Assembly (NCBI GenBank): GCA_032718475.1
Contig: JAUCBJ010008347.1
Coordinates: 1 to 64,000 of the forward strand
Direction: 5' to 3'
Source: Nemertoderma westbladi
Taxonomy: Eukaryota > Animalia > Xenacoelomorpha
DNA: 64,000 nt
Below the pieces are notes generated by a model. That model was not told the origin of the DNA. It saw only the letters and a program-made list of their open reading frames with translations, and made no database searches. Made by a program: the position numbers and the translations under genes. Within the stretch, counting starts at the first letter, position 1. Each line of letters starts with the position of its first letter. Of the stretch, positions 27,050 through 38,970 are shown piece by piece.

Positions 27050-28768
27050 TGTACAACCAGTAATAGTTTCGACAGTCCTGCATGTACAACCAGTAATAGT
27101 TTAGACAGTCCGGCATGTACAACCTGTAATAGTTTCGTCAGTCCTACATGTACAACCAGTAATAGTTTCGACAGTCCTGCATGTACAACCAGTAATAGTT
27201 TAGACAGTCCGGCATGTACAACCTGTAATAGTTTCGTCAGTCCTACATGTACAACCTGTAATAGTTTCGACAGTCCTGCATGTACAACCAGTAATAGTTT
27301 AGACAGTCCGGCATGTACAACCAGTAATAGTTTCGACAGTCCTGCATGTACAACCAGTAATAGTTTAGACAGTCCGGCATGTACAACCTGTAATAGTTTC
27401 GTCAGTCCTACATGTACAACCTGTAATAGTTTCGACAGTCCTGGATGTACAACCAGTAATAGTTTAGACAGTCCGGCATGTACAACCTGTAGTAGTTTCG
27501 ACAGTCCTGCATGTACAACCAGTAATAGTTAAGACAGTCCTGGATGTACAACCAGTAATAGTTTCGAGAGTCCTGCATGTACAACCAGTAATAGTTTCGA
27601 CAGTCCTGCATGTACAACCAGTAATAGTTTCGACAGACCTGCATGTACAACCAGTAATAGTTAAGACAGTCCTGCATGTACAACCAGTAATAGTTTCGAA
27701 AGTCCTGCATGTACAACCAGTAATAGTTTCGACAGACCTGCATGTACAACCAGTAATAGTTAAGACAGTCCTGGATGTACAACCAGTAATAGTTTCGACA
27801 GTCCTGCATGTACAACCTGTAATAGTTTCGACAGTCCGGCAGGTACAACCAGTAATAGTTTCGACAGACCTGCATGTACAACCAGTAATAGTTTAGACAG
27901 TCCGGCATGTACAACCAGTAATAGTTTCGACAGTCCTGCATGTACAACCAGTAATAGTTTAGACAGTCCGGCATGTACAACCTGTAATAGTTTCGTCAGT
28001 CCTACATGTACAACCAGTAATAGTTTCGACAGTCCTGCATGTACAACCAGTAATAGTTTAGACAGTCCGGCATGTACAACCTGTAATAGTTTCGTCAGTC
28101 CTACATGTACAACCTGTAATAGTTTCGACAGTCCTGCATGTACAACCAGTAATAGTTTAGACAGTCCGGCATGTACAACCAGTAATAGTTTCGACAGTCC
28201 TGCATGTACAACCAGTAATAGTTTAGACAGTCCGGCATGTACAACCTGTAATAGTTTCGTCAGTCCTACATGTACAACCAGTAATAGTTTCGACAGTCCT
28301 GCATGTACAACCAGTAATAGTTTAGACAGTCCGGCATGTACAATCTGTAATAGTTTCGTCAGTCCTACATGTACAACCAGTAATAGTTTCGACAGTCCTG
28401 CATGTACAACCAGTAATAGTTTAGACAGTCCGGCATGTACAACCAGTAATAGTTTCGACAGTCCTGCATGTACAACCTGTAATAGTTTCGTCAGTCCTAC
28501 ATGTACAACCAGTAATAGTTTCGACAGTCCGGCATGTACAACCAGTAATAGTTTCGACAGTCCTGCATGTACAACCTGTAATAGTTTCGTCAGTCCTACA
28601 TGTACAACCAGTAATAGTTTCGACAGTCCTGCATGTACAACCAGTAATAGTTTAGACAGTCCGGCATGTACAACCAGTAATAGTTTAGACAGTCCGGCAT
28701 GTACAACCAGTAATAGTTTAGACAGTCCGGCATGTACAACCAGTAATAGTTTCGACAGTCCTGCATGT
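27050..28768. repeat. 33-bp satellite array, block 2 (~52 units)
   Basis: Same unit and orientation as block 1; rich in TTTAG-CCGG and TCGTCAG-CCTACA variants. Confidence 0.99.
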
Positions 28769-28771
28769 GTT

Positions 28772-29161
28772 TGTTCCGTCGATATTCTTTCCCTCTAAGA
28801 ACGTCGTTTCTACGCGTCCGTTTCGTTCGTCAAGAAAACTCAGTTCAAGTCCTAGTTACTTTAATATTCAATATGTATAAACGGCACCAGTGCACAATCA
28901 CATGATGACGCTTCCTTCCTTCAAACAAATGATTTATAACACGTACAGTACAAATGCACTGTACGTTCAGTTCAATTAGAACAATAATAGTTAAGTTCAG
29001 TGACCAATAGGTCACTGAATAGAGTCCAAAAAGTTCAGTTCGTGAAACAAGTCGAATCAAACAATAAACGAACGAACGAAAGAACGAACGGTGAAAACTA
29101 TGTAACGTTTCTACAAAGTTATATCGACAGAATTAATCTAATGTCATCCTGCTCTCGTCAT
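28772..29161 (-). repeat. LTR A (3' LTR of copy 1; 5' half of the LTR deleted)
   Basis: Begins TGTTCCGTCG on +. It matches 37016-37405 almost exactly, then jumps into pol at GTCAT. Confidence 0.95.
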
Positions 29162-32100
29162 TGTTGGTTTGTCTCTTATAGTGGTTGACATAACTACTTC
29201 CCTTCGTAATTCCGGGTCATCCCCTTTGACTCCTTCCAGTAGAGCCTGTGGACCTCCTGGAAATTCAGGCCATCTTCCTTCGTCCTTGAGGTACTCCGGG
29301 CCATATTGCCACAGATCTTCGTCTTCCTTCTTCTGTGTTCCAATTATTCCTCTCGATATTTGGTCTGCGGGATTTATGGACGTTGGACAATAGTTCCAGT
29401 TGTTGATGTCTGTTAGTTCTTGGATTTCTGCATCTCGATTAGCAACAAAGACTTTGAATCTTCGTGCGTCAGTCCTGATATAATGAATAACAGTGGTAGA
29501 GTCAGTCCAAAAATACCAGGTTTGTATATTTCCAATCGCTTTTCCTAACTGTCTTCCTATTCTCACTCCTAATAAAGCTGCCATGAGTTCTATCCTAGGA
29601 ATTGTGACGATTTTTAATGGGGCCGGTCTCGCCTTACTATATGCAACCCGTGCCCTCCTTCTATTATTCTGTCTTTGAACCACATAGGCTACTGCTCCAT
29701 AGCCTTTGTCTGAGGCGTCACTGAAGATATGTATCTCTAAGTTTTCCATGTTTCCGTCGGGAAAGTAGGCCCGATCTATCGTGATCTTATCTAGTAGTTG
29801 TAAACTATCCATCCATTTGTCCCATTTCTTCCTTATTCCTTCGGGAAGTTCATCATTCCAACCTACTTTCAGTAGATGGGCTTCCCTAAGTATTTGTCGA
29901 CCAACAACTGTGATCCTTGAGAGTAGACCCATTGGGTCATAGATCCGGGCAACAAAGGATAGATATTCTCTTTTCATTTTCGCCATATGGTACTCAAATG
30001 CATCTGTTCTTCGGTTCCAGACTATCCCTAAAGCTCGAACTTCGTCGCTGTCTCCATCAGCTTCTATCATTGGTTTGTATTCTGGTTCTGTGGTCAGTTT
30101 GTTCAGTGGCTCCTGTTGGGTCCCGTCTGTCATGCAGTTGGTAATATATTCGGAATTTGATAAAAACTTGGTCAGGTTGAATCCTCCCCCCGCTAAACAA
30201 AGTTTAGCCTCCTTGGCAATCCTGACCAACTCCTCCTCTGAGTTTCCTGTCTCATGTCCGTCATCAACATAAAAATGTTCTCGAATCATTTCCACTGTAT
30301 CTGCTGATGGATTCTGGATTGCAGGATTCTCGCCATTTGTAGTCTCTCTCAAAGCATATGTTGTCGCACATGGAGATGAATTAGCACCAAAAATATGGAC
30401 GATCATTTTGTAGATTTTGGGTTCCTTTGAGCCTAGCTCCCCTTCATACCAAAGGAACCGTAAGCTGTTGCTGTCTTTTGGATTCACTCGTACCTGGTGG
30501 AACATTGCTTCCACATCGCATGTGAAAGCAAATATTCCCTTCCTGAATCTTAGAAGAACGTCTAGTCCTGTGTTGTATATATTGGGTCCACGAACAAGGT
30601 AATCATTTAGCGATTTTCCATGGTACTTCGCTGCGGCATCATGTACTACTCGGTATTTGTTCTTTCTTGGTTCCCACACTGTGTGTATCGGTAAGTAATA
30701 CGTCCGGTCAGTTTCCTGTATGTCCTCTGGAAGTTCTATTGCCCAGCCCCTTTCTATATACTTACATATTGCCTTGTTTATGGCTTCTTCTGCTGCTGGT
30801 AGTTTCCTCAGTTTTTCTTTTAACTTTCTCAGACGATTTCTCGCCATTATGTAGTTGTTTTCAAGCCGTTCATTGGGGTCCTTCCACAACATGTCTACCT
30901 CGTAGTGTCCATCTATCAGTTGTATTGAGTCCTTAAGAGTCTGTAAGGCCCTACGGTCCTCTGGAGAGTCTCCCAATGTGTTGTCATGAAGGCCCTCACA
31001 GTCCCTATTCAGTAATGTCTCTAAGTCTTTAGTTATTTCCACATGATTCACCAGACCTCGCTTCGTTTTGTTGTGTATATAGTCTGTTGTTTCCAGTGGT
31101 CCAGTCACACACCACCCAAATGGTGTTAGCTTTCCCCATGGTGTCTTCCCTGGGTTGCTACCTTTCCTAACTTCCAGTTCTTCATGTGCCTCAGGATTGT
31201 TCATCCCAAGCAGTACAGTCACAAAGGGTATGTCAATGTGCAAGTTTGTTAAGTTAATTCCCTTTAAGTGTTGGTATCTCTCAATTTCTACCTCATCTGG
31301 TTGGGTACAGTTAACTCCAACGTCTGGTATTACTTCTACCTCAGCATCATGAATGATGAGTGTCCCTCGGCCTTCCAGAGCACCTATGGAGCACTTGGTA
31401 CTCATGGCCCCCATTGATGTTGTCTGGTGGCCCACCATGGCCAGGCCTAACTTAGTTCTGGTTCCCTCCATTCCCAGAGTATCAGCAAGGGTACGACTTA
31501 TTAGACTTATAGTCGCACCATCATCTAGGAAGGCATATGTTGTTACTTGTTTTTCATTTTTATACATTACTTTTACTGGTACAATTTTGAGGTACACTTT
31601 AATCCCTGACAGGGACATACATGTCGCCATGTGGGTCACTGCCTGGGTCTTATTAACAGTGGTTCCACTCACTTCAGATCCCTGGGGATCCTTGTATCTC
31701 GCCATCCAGGCAGGGTTAGGATGTTGGGTCTGATCCCCCCCTGTCTTAGATGTTAGATTCTCATTTTTATTTTGGTTAAAAGTAGTAGTATCAGTATCTC
31801 CTCGGTTACTATGGGGTTTTAGATTTTTAGTTTCCTTTGTGAGGGGTGTCAGCCCGCTCGCTCCTCCGGGTGAGTATGATCTGGATCGTTCATATGTTCT
31901 GGGTTCACGCCTGGTGTTGGAGTTGCGCGGACAGTCGCGTCCAATGTGGCCACGCCCATAGCATCTCCTACACAGTCCATTCTTCTTTAAATAGTCCCAT
32001 TTTTCATCCGCGGCGGCATTTATCCATTGGGTACACTGCACGAATTGATGGTCCCTTGCATTTGGATGTAGATAGCACTTTGCGCTTGGATCACAGGTTG

Positions 32101-35100
32101 CAAGGGTGTATACCAACTCCTGGGAATCTCTATCTGGGGTATGTGGCTTTGGGGAGTAGCTGGAGAAACGGACTTGTTTGTCCGATTGTAGGCTCTTCAT
32201 CGGACTAGTCGACGTTGTTGTGTAGACTTGCTCTCGTTCAGGTTTTATCATCCCTTTGTTAGATTCAAATGATTTCTTTGGTACCAGCATATTTGTTTTT
32301 CGCGGGTAATCTGCTCTCGATTGTCGGGTTGAGTCATCCCGTGAATGTGATCGGTCCCGGCGCTCAGCGATACCAGCTGATAGTAGTCCCTCTGCGAATA
32401 CAGGGTCATCTTGTATCTCGGTTTGATCTGAAAGGAATTTCGCCAGTTGGTTCATGGTTGGTTCGCGGTTCAGTTGGCTGCGAGTCCGTGCTGCTTCCTT
32501 TCTTCATGCGTTCCTCGCCCAATAGGGAATTAGTTCAATTATTTTTCGCATGTTATGGATGCCATTCAACTCATGCGGCATATCGAGTTCCTTCAAGGCA
32601 ACCAGGGCTTTGTTTACCCTTTCTGTAAAGTCCCTAAACTCGGCAGTCGTGGTGATTTGTTTGTTAGTGACCAATTTGTTGATTGTTGCCTGCATTATAC
32701 GTGAAGGATTTCCATATCGCTTTTCAATGGCTTACCATGCTAGTCGCAAACCATCTGTTAGGCCTGCATATTGTCTAACAACTTCCTTTGCTTTGCCAGT
32801 TGTGTAAACCATCAGGTAGGTCATCTTCTGTGCTTCTGACAGGTTATGTTTCAGTAGAATTTCAGTGGTAAATAGCTGTCGAAACTGAATATATTCTTCC
32901 GGGTATTCTCCACTGAAGGTAAACGGTTTAGCCTGTGGCAGTTCTAACTTGGCTTTTATGGCGTCTGTTATTGCCGCCATATGACTTAACTCACTCTCTC
33001 CTCCGCTCTGATAACATTGAGGGACCCTTCCTGCTTGTACATAAGGGGGTCCACGTGGGGCTGCTTCTCCTGTGTAATTGTAGCCAGCGGTATTATTTTT
33101 ATTCTGTTGTCTTTGCGCTCCTATAGATGGGTACGCTAGACTCGGTATTTTTGATAATCCGGGTCCATTATTTATTTGATTTGAAAAGGTTACTGCCCGT
33201 TGCTGTGGGGTTTCACTCACTTCGCTACGGGTTTTGTATTTATATTGGCCATCTGGCATTCCTACTTCGCCTATGGGGACGGGTAGAAATTCCTCGGCTC
33301 TGGGGTTTAAATGGCTTGGGTTACCGGTAGGCCTACTGCTCAATGGTGTTCCATAGCCATACCTTGGTTCATATTGGATACCAATATTTTGATTTAATTC
33401 GGATGGTATAGGGTGGTCTATAGACTGATGTTGATTTTGACCTACATCAGCAGGGCTACATCTATGATTAACAGTACCGGTATGCATGAGGCTGTTAGGT
33501 AAGCCTACATAACTTGGCCTATGCCTATAATCATAAGACACCGGTACATTAAGATTAGGCCTATCTAAACTTTCAGATACCGGTATTTGAGTATTACTAT
33601 TAGCATTAGGCCTATGGTTCTGGCTAGATATCGGTAAATAATAATAATCGGGATTCTGCCTACTGCATGCTGTGCAGTCTGGTGTACTGGGTACAGGTAG
33701 GCCTATAGAGTTGGATAGCGGTGGACCAGTCGCATGTAGCTGATCACTGCAGCTGTAATCTGGTGTACCGCAAACTGGTGCAGAATGTGTTACCGGTAGA
33801 CCGGTCGAATGCAGCCGTCTATTAGGCCTACTGCTGCAATCCGATACCGGTACCTCAATCTGAATGTTATGATTCATGCCTGCTTGTTCTGACATTTCGT
33901 CACCAGTGTACTGGATGATTGACACAGGGGTTTCAATATGGTGCCCTGTTCTATGTATACAGCTGGTAACTGCAGCATTTACAGTATTTGTTGGGCTTTC
34001 CAAATTATATGTTTGGTTCTTAGCCCCTCTGGGGCCCTTTGAAGCAGAGTTGCCTAACGTGCTATTAAAGCCCCCTGTCATTGCTGGTGTTCTGCTACTA
34101 ATACAATATTCGGGTTTTGATGTAATAACAGGTTTCTTTACTGTACGCGCTGATATTCTACGTACGGGTGATGGATAACGGGGTGTTTCTATGGCTAGAA
34201 GGTTACTTTCAATTTCTCGGTTATTGGGTTCTACAGTAGTTAGGTTATTGGGTTGTACAGTAGTTAGTATATTCATTGAATCACACTTGGTTTTATTTCC
34301 CCTCTGGGAAATTCCAAGTTGAGATGCCTCCTCTTCCATACGTAATATGCACTGTTCTGCATTTAGCCGAACCATTTCCCTCTTGGCCCTTGCCCGTTCC
34401 CTTTCAATCTCACCTTCCCTTTTATACCGTTCCATCTCATCTGCTATCTTTTGTACTCGTTCCCTTCTCTCTCGTTCCCTTTTGTCACATTCCCTTTTCT
34501 CACGTTCCTCACGTTCCTCTTTTTCTATTCTTTCCAGTTCACGTTCACTTACTCTCCTTTTATTTTCTCTCTCTAACTCAGGCTCTTGTTCTCTCATGCC
34601 ATCCGCTAGCTCCATTCTTGCTTGTTCAATCCCTGCATTCGTTCTCATTCGATTGATCGTGGATGAGTGTATAGATCCGACCCCTGAAACACGATCATTC
34701 TGCCTAGGGACGTTCTCCCAGATGGAGTCTGGTGTCACCTGGGACACAGAATCCTCTGGATCAACGCGTGGCACCTCGGTGATAATGCTTGGGGTCGGGT
34801 CTCCCTCCCTCAGATCTTCACTCTGGGTTCCTCTGGGTTCCCTCCTAACGTTTGGATTGGAACGGGTCTCTCGAGATTGACACTGGGCTTTGACCCGGTC
34901 TTCAATCTCAACAGCCCTTTGTTCCTCTCCGCACGCACGTAAATGATCTATGTAGACCGTTATTTTATTTAAAAGTATACTTAGCTCCGGTTCCACCGGC
35001 AGTTCACCAGTTGGGTTCTCAACAGTTCCAAACAGAGTCAGTTCTGCTCGTTGAGATCGTCGTTTAAGGATCTCTGGTTGTTGGGGGTCAATCAGAACAG

Positions 35101-35530
35101 CACTTCGTTGTGATCGTGATGATCGTTGGATCTGGGGGTCTTTGGGTCGTGTTGTCTGTGTCGAGGTTCTTTCAGGTTCGTGTCGAATATTGGCCGGTTC
35201 AGGTTCGTGAGTTGGGAGGACAGCTCGTTCTGGTTGAGTGGGTGGCCTCTGCCCAGTTCCCACCAAGCTGCTAGTGCGTAAGCGAGCGCCGATGCTTGCT
35301 CTAGCAGCCCCAGGAATTGAGCGTGCCACACCGCCTGGGCTCGTTGTTGGTTGCCAGGCGCCCTCCGCTTGTGTTGGGTTCGTTCTCGGGGTTCGGGCGA
35401 GTTCTCGGCCCGACTCGATCCTGCCATCCACGACTGATACTCGTCTGGGCTCATCCGTCATATCAATGAGGTCCGAGCTCGTTTCCACTGATGGATGGTT
35501 CGTTGATGGCGTTCGGTTGGCGCTAGACAT
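29144..35530 (-). pseudogene. BEL/Pao gag-pol, copy 1: gag, Zn knuckles, aspartic protease, RT, RNase H; integrase deleted; two in-frame stops
   Basis: ORFs 32732-35530, 32504-32695 and 29144-32455 share one frame, with stops at 32732 and 32504 (the latter is TGG in copy 3). Motifs: LELPQAKPFTFSG (DUF1759-like gag), CRRCYGRGHIGRDC, YAFLDDGA, RVVHDAAA, FYVDDG, IFSDAS..GYGA, IPRIELMAA, WTDS, NPADQISRG. Confidence 0.95.
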
Positions 35531-35588
35531 TGAAGATCAAATCTATTCAAGTTCGTTAATTCGGCTACGCGTTGTCGTTTTCAACGAG

Positions 35589-35599
35589 ATAGTTTTCAC
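35589..35599 (-). promoter_or_regulatory. Non-tRNA primer-binding site GTGAAAACTAT (candidate self-priming site)
   Basis: Lies 2 nt (AA) after the LTR end ...GGAACA, lacks TGG, and is the exact complement of LTR-internal ATAGTTTTCAC (35931-35921, minus). Confidence 0.7.
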
Positions 35600-35601
35600 T
35601 T

Positions 35602-35991
35602 TGTTCCGTCGATATTCTTTCCCTCTAAGAACGTCGTTTCTACGCGTCCGTTTCGTTCGTCAAGAAAACTCAGTTCAAGTCCTAGTTACTTTAATATTCA
35701 ATATGTATAAACGGCTCCAGTGCACAATCACATGATGACGCTTCCTTCCTTCAAACAAATGATTTATAACACGTACAGTACAAATGCACTGTACGTTCAG
35801 TTCAATTAGAACAATAATAGTTAAGTTCAGTGACCAATAGGTCACTGAATAGAGTCCAAAAAGTTCAGTTCGTGAAACAAGTCAAATCAAACAATAAACG
35901 AACGAACGAAAGAACGAACGGTGAAAACTATGTAACGTTTCTACAAAGTTATATCGACAGAATGAATCTAATGTCATCCTGCTCTCGTCAT
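35602..35991 (-). repeat. LTR B (shared: 5' LTR of copy 1 and 3' LTR of copy 2; same deletion as LTR A)
   Basis: Offset 6830 bp from LTR A, about three substitutions seen, identical GTCAT junction into pol. Confidence 0.95.
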
Positions 35992-37013
35992 TGTTGGTTT
36001 GTCTCTTATAGTGGTTGACATAACTACTTCCCTTCGTAATTCCGGGTCATCCCCTTTGACTCCTTCCAGTAGAGCCTGTGGACCTCCTGGAAATTCAGGC
36101 CATCTTCCTTCGTCCTTGAGGTACTCCGGGCCATATTGCCACAGATCTTCGTCTTCCTTCTTCTGTGTTCCAATTATTCCTCTCGATATTTGGTCTGCGG
36201 GATTTATGGACGTTGGACAATAGTTCCAGTTGTTGATGTCTGTTAGTTCTTGGATTTCTGCATCACGATTAGCAACAAAGACTTTGAATCTTCGTGCGTC
36301 AGTCCTGATATAATGAATAACAGTGGTAGAGTCAGTCCAAAAATACCAGGTTTGTATATTTCCAATCGCTTTTCCTAACTGTCTTCCTATTCTCACTCCT
36401 AATAAAGCTGCCATGAGTTCTATCCTAGGAATTGTGACGATTTTTAATGGGGCCGGTCTCGCCTTACTATATGCAACCCGTGCCCTCCTTCTATTATTCT
36501 GTCTTTGAACCACATAGGCTACTGCTCCATAGCCTTTGTCTGAGGCATCACTGAAGATATGTATCTCTAAGTTTTCCATGTTTCCGTCGGGAAAGTAGGC
36601 CCGATCTATCGTGATCTTATCTAGTAGTTGTAAACTATCCATCCATTTGTCCCATTTCTTCCTTATTCCTTCGGGAAGTTCATCATTCCAACCTACTTTC
36701 AGTAGATGGGCTTCCCTAAGTATTTGTCGACCAACAACTGTGATCCTTGAGAGTAGACCCATTGGGTCATAGATCCGGGCAACAAAGGATAGATATTCTC
36801 TTTTCATTTTCGCCATATGGTACTCAAATGCATCTGTTCTTCGGTTCCAGACTATCCCTAAAGCTCGAACTTCGTCGCTGTCTCCATCAGCTTCTATCAT
36901 TGGTTTGTATTCTGGTTCTGTGGTCAGTTTGTTCAGTGGCTCCTGTTGGGTCCCGTCTGTCATGCAGTTGGTAATATATTCGGAATTTGATAAAAACTTG
37001 GTCAGGTTGAATC
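35987..37013 (-). pseudogene. BEL/Pao pol fragment, copy 2 (RT C-terminus and RNase H)
   Basis: Near-identical to 29157-30183; broken at 37013, where LTR C begins. Confidence 0.93.
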
Positions 37014-37015
37014 AT

Positions 37016-37799
37016 TGTTCCGTCGATATTCTTTCCCTCTAAGAACGTCGTTTCTACGCGTCCGTTTCGTTCGTCAAGAAAACTCAGTTCAAGTCCTAGT
37101 TACTTTAATATTCAATATGTATAAACGGCACCAGTGCACAATCACATGATGACGCTTCCTTCCTTCAAACAAATGATTTATAACACGTACAGTACAAATG
37201 CACTGTACGTTCAGTTCAATTAGAACAATAATAGTTAAGTTCAGTGACCAATAGGTCACTGAATAGAGTCCAAAAAGTTCAGTTCGTGAAACAAGTCGAA
37301 TCAAACAATAAACGAACGAACGAAAGAACAAACGGTGAAAACTATGTAACGTTTCTACAAAGTTATATCGACAGAATGAATCTAATGTCATCCTGCTCTC
37401 GTCATATATGAATGGAAGGAAAGCCATCTGGGATTGGTTTACCAAACAACAATAGGCCATAGAAAATGGGGCCAAAATATAATACGTTATACACCAATAT
37501 ACACAGGTGAGGGTAAATCCCAGAGGATGCCTTACACTTCCATTGTTGCCTCTCACTCAATGTGTCCTTTCACTTTAAATGGTTCTAATATTCACTCACT
37601 CATTATAGGATATGATAATTCTCTCGTGAACATGAGGCGAGCAAGCCTTCATGCAAGATACACTATACTTTTACTTTGTGACGTCATGTTATGACGTCAT
37701 GACATTCTCACTCAATAAAATGGAATTTCTACGGCAATAACAGGTGATAAGAATTTTGGGCCATACTGTACGATGAAATACTGACTATAGTCGGGAACA
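37016..37799 (-). repeat. LTR C, full length (784 bp), 3' LTR of copy 3
   Basis: Minus strand 5'-TGTTCCCGAC...CGACGGAACA-3' with 6-bp terminal inverted repeat TGTTCC/GGAACA, preceded by a PPT. ATTAAA lies about 90 nt from the 3' end. Confidence 0.9.
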
Positions 37800-37810
37800 A
37801 ACTCCCCCCA
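37800..37810 (-). promoter_or_regulatory. Polypurine tract
   Basis: Minus strand TGGGGGGAGTT immediately precedes the TGTTCC start of LTR C. Confidence 0.85.
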
Positions 37811-38970
37811 GAAACCACTATAAATGGTTTCTCGAGGAAATCACGACTATATTAAAAAGTTTGAGTCCGAAAACGATATATATCAACTGTCATTCCGCGA
37901 TGTAGGCCCCCTGGCAACATTACACGCTCATGGCTTGCCAAACCATGAGTGGTTTCCTATTTCCCTCTATAAATTCATTACAATTCATTCAAGTCCTTTT
38001 AAAATACCGATATACGAAATATTTCGTAGTTCAATAATGCTTCAAGATAAATCGCTAGTTAGTTCATCCTAGGTACATATTGCAAAAGTAGTGCCATTCA
38101 ATTATATATATATATATATGGTTAGAGCATATCAAATAATGTATTTCCCTTTCATGATTATGGGATCCCTCGTTTATTTCTGTAATAACAATAGAATATA
38201 TACGCTCCATCCACGGTCACCACTAGTCGCTGCTACCATGGTCACTCCCCCCATGGGGTCTCCTGCGGTGGGGAATCCTTCCCTTCTATCAGAATTCGCG
38301 GTCACGATACTTTCGCGTTCCTCCATTTCGTACCCTGAGACAAGACAGTTCATAAGCCAAGTTTTAAATGTTTCTCCCCGTGGTACCACTTCGCCATCGC
38401 ATCCTTTACACATCACAGTCCTCATTACGGCTCATCTGAGATTAATTCTAATGAGCTAGTTATATATGATAATTCTTCTATATCCAGATATCCAGATCAA
38501 GTACTATCATTAATAACGTATAATATCCATAATCGACTAAATGGTCAGTTACACTATAAAGTTTTATTATACGTTCTGGAATTTGCTGGTTTCATGTTCT
38601 ATGGTTGCTGCTAATGAAATCTATGTTTCCCATAATTTAAGTTCATTTTATACTACAATTGTTCCATTCATTCATTCCTTCAGTTCATTCCGCAACTGAG
38701 AAGTTGCAAGTTCATTGTTCATTAGGGCTGTGTTCAGTATTGCGTCATATAACCATTCATTCATTTCACACATACATTTTATGTTCCGGAAACATATATT
38801 TCACCCCAGGTTACCATTCAGTCAATGTACCTATATACTGGTATCAGCCTATCCTAAAGTACTAGTTCAGTTTTCTTCTACTCATTTGTAAATTTGATAA
38901 TATATTATGAATCTTAATTTAGGTACGATTTGAGGTATACATCGACCCTCCCCCATGCCTTTGGCATAAA

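Noticed and set aside
23550-28620. Alternative genetic code (CAG>TAG and TGT>TGA variants in the YMQDC frame)
   Set aside because: Neighbouring retroelement ORFs end at ordinary stops and show no sign of reassignment; these are simple point variants.
28985-28995. LTR word TAATAGTTAAG, and PBS complement ATAGTTTTCAC, resembling the satellite (ATAGTTTCGAC)
   Set aside because: Matches of only 9-11 nt in AT-rich DNA; too short to argue common origin or satellite-RNA priming.
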